Positions 57,643 through 64,000 of a stretch of DNA of 64,000 nucleotides are shown here, in pieces. The notes beneath the pieces were generated by a model that saw only the letters and a list, made by a program, of their open reading frames with translations, was not told the DNA's origin and searched no databases. Positions within the stretch are counted from its first letter, which is position 1, and each line of letters opens with the position of its first letter. This DNA comes from Prevotella sp. (GTDB lineage Bacteria > Bacteroidota > Bacteroidia > Bacteroidales > Bacteroidaceae). The position numbers were made by a program, and so were the translations under genes. Where the stretch lies: NCBI GenBank assembly GCA_017470345.1, contig JAFUEP010000010.1, forward strand, positions 16,799-80,798, read 5' to 3'.

Positions 57643-59472
57643 TCACACTTGTTGCATGTCGTTGAGCCGCTTGTAGTAGCCGTCGAGGGCTATGAGTTCG
57701 TCGTGGGAGCCGCGCTCGACGATGCGGCCCTCGTGGAGCACGCAGATCTCGTCGGCATTATGGATGGTCGAGAGGCGGTGGGCGATGGCGATGGTCGTCC
57801 GCGTCTTCATGAGTCGCTCCAGGGCCTGCTGCACCAGTCGCTCGCTCTCCGTGTCGAGGGCCGACGTGGCCTCGTCGAGGATCAGGATGGGCGGGTTTTT
57901 CAGGATGGCACGGGCGATGGAGACGCGCTGGCGCTGTCCGCCGGAGAGTCGCGATCCGCGGTCGCCGATGTTGGTGTCGAATCCGTGCTCCGACGCCATG
58001 ATGAAGTCGTAGGCATTGGCGATGCGTGCGGCGTCGGCTATCTGCTGGTCAGTGGCATTGTCCACGCCGAAGGCGATGTTGTTGCGGAACGAGTCGTTGA
58101 AGAGGATGGCCTCCTGGTTGACGTTGCCGATGAGGCTGCGCAGGTCGTGGAGCCCCAGGTCGCGCACGTTGATGCCGTCGATGAGCACCTCGCCCTCCTG
58201 CACGTCGTAGTAGCGGGGAATGAGGTCGACGAGCGTCGACTTGCCGGAGCCCGACTGCCCGACGAGCGCGATGGTCTTTCCGCGCGGAATCGTGAGGTTG
58301 ATGTCGCGCAGCACCCACTGCTCGCCATACTTGAAGCTGACGCCTCGCAGCTCAATCTGATGCTCGAAGCTGCTGATCTCGACCGGGCTCTCGGCCTCGC
58401 GGATATTGTTCTCGGCCATCAGGATCTTGTCGATGCGCTCCATCGAGGCCAGGCCCTTGGGGATGTTGTAGCCGGCTTTCGAGAAGTCCTTCAGCGGCTG
58501 GATGATCGAGTAGAGGATCACCATGTAATAGATGAAGGTGGGGCCCGTGATGGCGCGGTTGTTGAGCACCAGGATGCCGCCGAACCACAGCACGATGATG
58601 ATCATCACCGTGCCGAGAAATTCCGACATGGGGTGAGCCGACGCCTGCCGGATGTTGACGCGCATGATGTCCGTGCGGTATTGCGTGTTGATGCGGTCGA
58701 AGCGCTCGTTCATCTTCTCCTCAGCGCAGAAGGCCTTGATGATGCGCAGTCCGCCGAGCGTCTCCTCCACCTGGCTCATCGTGTCGCTCCAGAGGGCCTG
58801 CGCCTTGATGCTCTTCTGCTTCAGGCGGCGCCCCACCATGCCCATGAACCATCCGAAGAGGGGGACGAAGATGATGGTGAAGAGCGTCAGCTGCCATGAG
58901 ACGAAGAGCAGCGTGGTGAAGTAGACGACGATGAGGATGGGATTCTTGAAGAGCATCTCGAGCGACGCCATGATCGACGACTCCACCTCCTGCACGTCGC
59001 CGCTCATGCGGGCGATGATGTCGCCCTTGCGCTCTTCGGTGAAGAAGCCCAGTGGCAGCGACGTGATCTTCTGGTAGAGCTGGTTGCGGATGTCGCGCAC
59101 GACGCCCGTCCGGATGGGCACGATGGTGGCAGCCGAGGCGAAGTAGGCGCTGGTCTTCAGTGCGGTGGTCACGGCCAGGAAGAGCCCGATGAAGAGCAGC
59201 GTCGTCGTCTGTCCGAAGCGGTCGATGAGCAGGTTGACGCTGTAGTTCAGGTTGTTCATCAGCACCGTCTGCACGTTGCCCCAGTCCCATGCCATCCATG
59301 CAGTGGCCGCCTCGGCGTCGCCCGTCTGGAAGAGGATCTGCAGGATGGGAATGAGTGCGGCAAACGAGAAGATATTGAGCACGGCCGACAGCAAGTTGAA
59401 CACTACCGACAGCACCAGGTATTTCTTATATGGCGGCACAAACCGCTTGAGCACTCTGAGGAATTCTTTCAT
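57643..59472 (-). CDS. ABC transporter, fused permease/ATPase (MsbA-like)
   Basis: GQSGSGKST, LSGGQRQR, ILDEATSALD, AHRLST; N-terminal TMD; LPS cluster context. Confidence 0.9.
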   Translation of the reverse strand: MKEFLRVLKRFVPPYKKYLVLSVVFNLLSAVLNIFSFAALIPILQILFQTGDAEAATAWMAWDWGNVQTVLMNNLNYSVNLLIDRFGQTTTLLFIGLFLAVTTALKTSAYFASAATIVPIRTGVVRDIRNQLYQKITSLPLGFFTEERKGDIIARMSGDVQEVESSIMASLEMLFKNPILIVVYFTTLLFVSWQLTLFTIIFVPLFGWFMGMVGRRLKQKSIKAQALWSDTMSQVEETLGGLRIIKAFCAEEKMNERFDRINTQYRTDIMRVNIRQASAHPMSEFLGTVMIIIVLWFGGILVLNNRAITGPTFIYYMVILYSIIQPLKDFSKAGYNIPKGLASMERIDKILMAENNIREAESPVEISSFEHQIELRGVSFKYGEQWVLRDINLTIPRGKTIALVGQSGSGKSTLVDLIPRYYDVQEGEVLIDGINVRDLGLHDLRSLIGNVNQEAILFNDSFRNNIAFGVDNATDQQIADAARIANAYDFIMASEHGFDTNIGDRGSRLSGGQRQRVSIARAILKNPPILILDEATSALDTESERLVQQALERLMKTRTTIAIAHRLSTIHNADEICVLHEGRIVERGSHDELIALDGYYKRLNDMQQV

Positions 59473-59476
59473 TCTG

Positions 59477-60041
59477 TTTCTAAGGATATTGGGATTATCT
59501 TTATTCTACGGATTTTTTATTCTAAGGATTGTTTTTATTCTAAGGATTTTGGGATTCTGGGAATTATTCAAAGTCTTTATTATATCCTCATGGGATCATG
59601 GGATTCTCTTGTATCGGGTGTTTACGACAGGGTGAATACTGTTGCGGATGTCGTCGGTGTTGAAGTTGATGACATAACCCAATTCGCAGTTCATGAGGCG
59701 CAGATAAGTGAAAAGCTGCTTTTCAAAGAGCTTGCGGTAGTCTACGACGGATTTCAGTTCCAGTATCAGTCTGCCGTCAATAATCAAGTCCAGACGTAGG
59801 TCGTGGTTGATGAGCTCACCTTTATAATAGACAGGCACTTGGACCTGATTCCTTACTTCAAATCCATTACTGCGCAGTTCGTGAATCATAGCAGATTCGT
59901 AGATGCTTTCCAAGAGTCCGGGCCCCAACTGATTGTAGACCTCATAGACACATCCCAGAATCCTATATGTGTAGTCTCTGTCCATTGTGCTTTTAATCCT
60001 TTAATCCCATGATCCTTAGAATATAAGAATAATACTTAGAA
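59477..60041. mobile_element. Putative GxxExxY cassette 2 bounded by inverted ttctaaggatnntgggatt repeats
   Basis: Four ttcta(a/c)ggat units at 59477-59562; inverted aatcctttaatcccatgatccttagaa at 59995-60021. Confidence 0.6.
59596..59985 (-). CDS. GxxExxY protein (PD-(D/E)XK-like putative nuclease)
   Basis: LGPGLLESIY, RLDLII...ILELKSV, QLFTYL, GYVINF. Confidence 0.92.
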   Translation of the reverse strand: MDRDYTYRILGCVYEVYNQLGPGLLESIYESAMIHELRSNGFEVRNQVQVPVYYKGELINHDLRLDLIIDGRLILELKSVVDYRKLFEKQLFTYLRLMNCELGYVINFNTDDIRNSIHPVVNTRYKRIP

Positions 60042-60055
60042 AAAAAGAATCATCC

Positions 60056-61450
<1,395 letters not shown>

Positions 61451-61581
61451 GATTCTCTTTATAAAGTGGAGATTACGGTTATGGAGTGCAAAAGTACGAA
61501 AAAAAATCGAATAAAGACCTATGAATTAGGAATTATTTAGTACCTTTGCACACTGGTTACGAAAAAAACGACGAAGAATAT

Positions 61582-62478
61582 ATGCAAAGACCAACGAAGA
61601 AATCACTCTGGCATGCCTCACGCGACTATGTGATGATTGCCATCGCCATGATGAGCTATTGCATCGGCTGGAACGTCTTCCTGCTGCCTAACAATATCAC
61701 TACGGGCGGACTGGCCGGTCTGACCTCTATCCTCTACTGGGCCACGGGATTCCCCATCCAGATATCCTATTTCGGCATCAATGCCGTCCTGCTGCTCTTC
61801 GCCCTCTGCATCCTGGGGTGGAAGTTCTGCGTGAAGACCATCTATGCCGTCTCCGTGCTCACCGTGGCCCTTTCGCTGACGGCCTCCTACGCTGACGCCC
61901 ACCTGCTGGCCGACCAGCCCTTCATGGCCGCCATCATCGGCGGCGTCTTCTGCGGCGGCGGCGTGGGCCTGGGGCTGGCCAGCAACGGCTCCACGGGCGG
62001 CACCGACATCCTGGCCGCCATCATCAACAAGTATCGCGACGTGTCGCTCGGACGCGTCATCATGATCTGCGACATCGTCATCATCTCGTGCAGCTACTTC
62101 GTGCTGCGCGACTTCGAGAAGGTGCTCTATGGCTACGTCGTGCTCTACGTCACGGCCTTCTGCATCGACCAGGTGGTCAACTCGATGCGCCGCTCCGTTC
62201 AGTTCTTCATCATCAGCGACCGCTGGCAGGAGATAGGCCACCGCGTCAACGAGGAGGGCCATCGCGGCTGCACCGTCATCGACGCCACCGGCTTCTACTC
62301 CGGCCACGACGTGAAGATGCTCTTCGTGCTCTGCAAGCGCCGCCAGAGCAACCTCATCTTCCAGCTCATCAACGAGGTCGACCCTCACGCCTTCGTCTCG
62401 CAGAGCGCCGTCATCGGCGTCTATGGCGAGGGCTTCGACCACTTCAAGGTGCGCAGCCGGGCTAAGAAGGCAGACTAA
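61582..62478 (+). CDS. YitT/DUF2179 family membrane protein
   Basis: TGGLAG, GSTGGTDI, DPHAFV, GVYGEGF; divergent -7 elements at 61489-61496 and 61541-61548. Confidence 0.9.
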   Translation: MQRPTKKSLWHASRDYVMIAIAMMSYCIGWNVFLLPNNITTGGLAGLTSILYWATGFPIQISYFGINAVLLLFALCILGWKFCVKTIYAVSVLTVALSLTASYADAHLLADQPFMAAIIGGVFCGGGVGLGLASNGSTGGTDILAAIINKYRDVSLGRVIMICDIVIISCSYFVLRDFEKVLYGYVVLYVTAFCIDQVVNSMRRSVQFFIISDRWQEIGHRVNEEGHRGCTVIDATGFYSGHDVKMLFVLCKRRQSNLIFQLINEVDPHAFVSQSAVIGVYGEGFDHFKVRSRAKKAD

Positions 62479-62526
62479 ATCGGGCTTTATTGTAATAAAA
62501 TTTCGCAATATTTCTCCCCCATTTGC

Positions 62527-62648
62527 TAACCGCCTGTCAATCAGCGTGTTTGTGGAATGGCATCAGAGAAGCGGTGCTTTTCGATGAAAGAAGCGGTGCT
62601 TTTTGAGTCGAAAAGCACCGCTTCTTCACCCAAAAAGCACCGTTTCTT
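62527..62648. repeat. 22-bp-period palindromic element, copy 4
   Basis: taaccgcctgtcaatcag, then 2 direct and 2 inverted units with central ttttgagtcgaaaagc. Confidence 0.85.
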
Positions 62649-62801
62649 TGGACGGGAAATTGCGATTGTAAATATTTCTGACGCTGAACAGGGGCTTGTC
62701 ACTACATGAAATAAACTTAACCATCGTTTCATGGGGTTAAATCCTCCTAACGTGTCTAAAAAGATTTGTGGGTTCTGCTGATTATCGCTATTTTTGCAGC
62801 G

Positions 62802-63284
62802 ATGAATCGCAGAGCCCACATTCTTGTCTTGCTAATCACGGCCAGCCTTCAGCTGAGTGCTCAGCGGCGTGGCGTCGTGGTGAATATGGAGACCGGCGTC
62901 CCCCAGTGCGACATCATTGTCTATACTGACGGGGGCGAGTCGGTCGTCACCGCATGGGACGGCTCCTTCACCCTCTGCGACAGCTTCGCCGTGGTCAGCT
63001 TTGCCCACCCCGGCTTTGAGAAGCACTCTGTCAGTCTCGACGAACTCACCGACACCATCGCGCTTCTCCCTTCCCAGAATATGCTCGGCGAGGTGGAGGT
63101 GTGGGGCAAGCGCAAGGACATCAACCAGAGCTTCCGCCTCGACAAGACGGAGCTGCAGCTGCAGCAGCCCGTCCAGCAGGGCTTCAACCTGCTCGGCTTC
63201 CTAGGCTATCTGTTCAAGAAGGACCGCCCCAGCCGCAAGGAGCGGCGCCGCCAGCGTCATCAGGAGATGCTCGACAACTACTGA
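62802..63284 (+). CDS. Secreted hypothetical protein (carboxypeptidase-regulatory-like fold)
   Basis: Signal peptide; GVVVNMETGVP, TAWDGSF, LGEVEV. Confidence 0.7.
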   Translation: MNRRAHILVLLITASLQLSAQRRGVVVNMETGVPQCDIIVYTDGGESVVTAWDGSFTLCDSFAVVSFAHPGFEKHSVSLDELTDTIALLPSQNMLGEVEVWGKRKDINQSFRLDKTELQLQQPVQQGFNLLGFLGYLFKKDRPSRKERRRQRHQEMLDNY

Positions 63285-63289
63285 CGGCG

Positions 63290-63964
63290 TCAGAGTTGCA
63301 CCTCGGGCACCACCTGACCGTCGAACAGGTTGATGATGCGCTGGGCGTAGCCGGCGTCGCGCTCCGAGTGAGTCACCATCACGACGGTGGTGCCGTCCTG
63401 GTTCAGCTGGGTGAGCAGGTGCATCACCTCCAGACCATTCTTCGAGTCGAGGTTACCCGTCGGCTCGTCCGCCAGGATCAGTTTCGGATTCATCACCACG
63501 GCACGTGCGATGGCCACGCGCTGCTGCTGTCCGCCGCTTAGCTGCTGGGGGAAGTGGTGGGCGCGGTGCGAGATGGCCATGCGGCGCAGCACCTCCTCCA
63601 CCCTCGCGCGGCGCTCCTTCTTCGGCACGCCCAGGTAGGTCAGCGGCAGCTCCACATTCTCCTCGACATTGAGCTCGTCGATGAGGTTGAAACTCTGGAA
63701 CACGAAGCCGATCTGGCCCTTGCGCACTGCCGTGCGCTGGCTCTCCTTCAGTGTGCCAACCTCCTGGCCGTCGAGCCAGTATTGGCCGCTGGTGGGATTG
63801 TCGAGCAGGCCCAGGATGTTCAATAAGGTTGACTTACCACAGCCCGACGGCCCCATGATGGCCACGAACTCTCCTTTGTTCACTTCGAGCGACACGCCGC
63901 CCAGTGCCACGGTCTCCACCTCCTCCGTGCGGAACACCTTCTGAATGTTTTCAAGTTTAATCAT
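63290..63964 (-). CDS. ABC transporter ATP-binding protein (LolD/MacB-like)
   Basis: [31 protein letters not shown]. Confidence 0.95.
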   Translation of the reverse strand: MIKLENIQKVFRTEEVETVALGGVSLEVNKGEFVAIMGPSGCGKSTLLNILGLLDNPTSGQYWLDGQEVGTLKESQRTAVRKGQIGFVFQSFNLIDELNVEENVELPLTYLGVPKKERRARVEEVLRRMAISHRAHHFPQQLSGGQQQRVAIARAVVMNPKLILADEPTGNLDSKNGLEVMHLLTQLNQDGTTVVMVTHSERDAGYAQRIINLFDGQVVPEVQL

Positions 63965-63972
63965 AATGATCG

Positions 63973-64000
63973 GACCCACCCCCAGCCCCTCCCTAAATGG
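63973..64000. repeat. Start of another CCCCTCCC element (cut by window edge)
   Basis: gacccacccccagcccctccct resembles the left arm of the miaB insertion. Confidence 0.6.

Overview
Chromosomal window from a high-GC Bacteroidota bacterium, most likely Prevotella-like. This rests on TAnnTTTG -7 promoters, a SusC/SusD pair and T9SS-type C-termini. Left to right it holds: (1) a minus-strand xylan/glucuronoxylan-type PUL (SusC, SusD, a miniaturised GH67, two secreted proteins sharing an unnamed repeated domain, a CE15 with a Tyr variant, and an SGNH esterase); (2) korA/korB split by a GxxExxY cassette; (3) a BspA/DUF285 surface protein; (4) nrdD-nrdG and DUF3737; (5) a ~15 kb block with a TPR histidine kinase, a LuxR regulator and four secreted proteins, one of them 2409 aa with a dockerin-like tail; (6) patB/malY, an OPT transporter, DUF3667, a Na/Pi transporter and a nucleoside kinase; (7) an envelope/LPS cluster, a second GxxExxY cassette, miaB, YitT and an ABC ATPase. 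The most unusual signal is a dense set of short palindromic elements built from 7-, 8-, 9- and 21/22-bp periodic units or G/C-run hairpins. Two of them bracket small GxxExxY nuclease-like genes as inverted termini, and gene-less copies of the first cassette's termini occur elsewhere. At least four, possibly five, elements sit in-frame inside housekeeping genes. No rRNA, tRNA, CRISPR-Cas, reverse transcriptase or classical transposase was seen.
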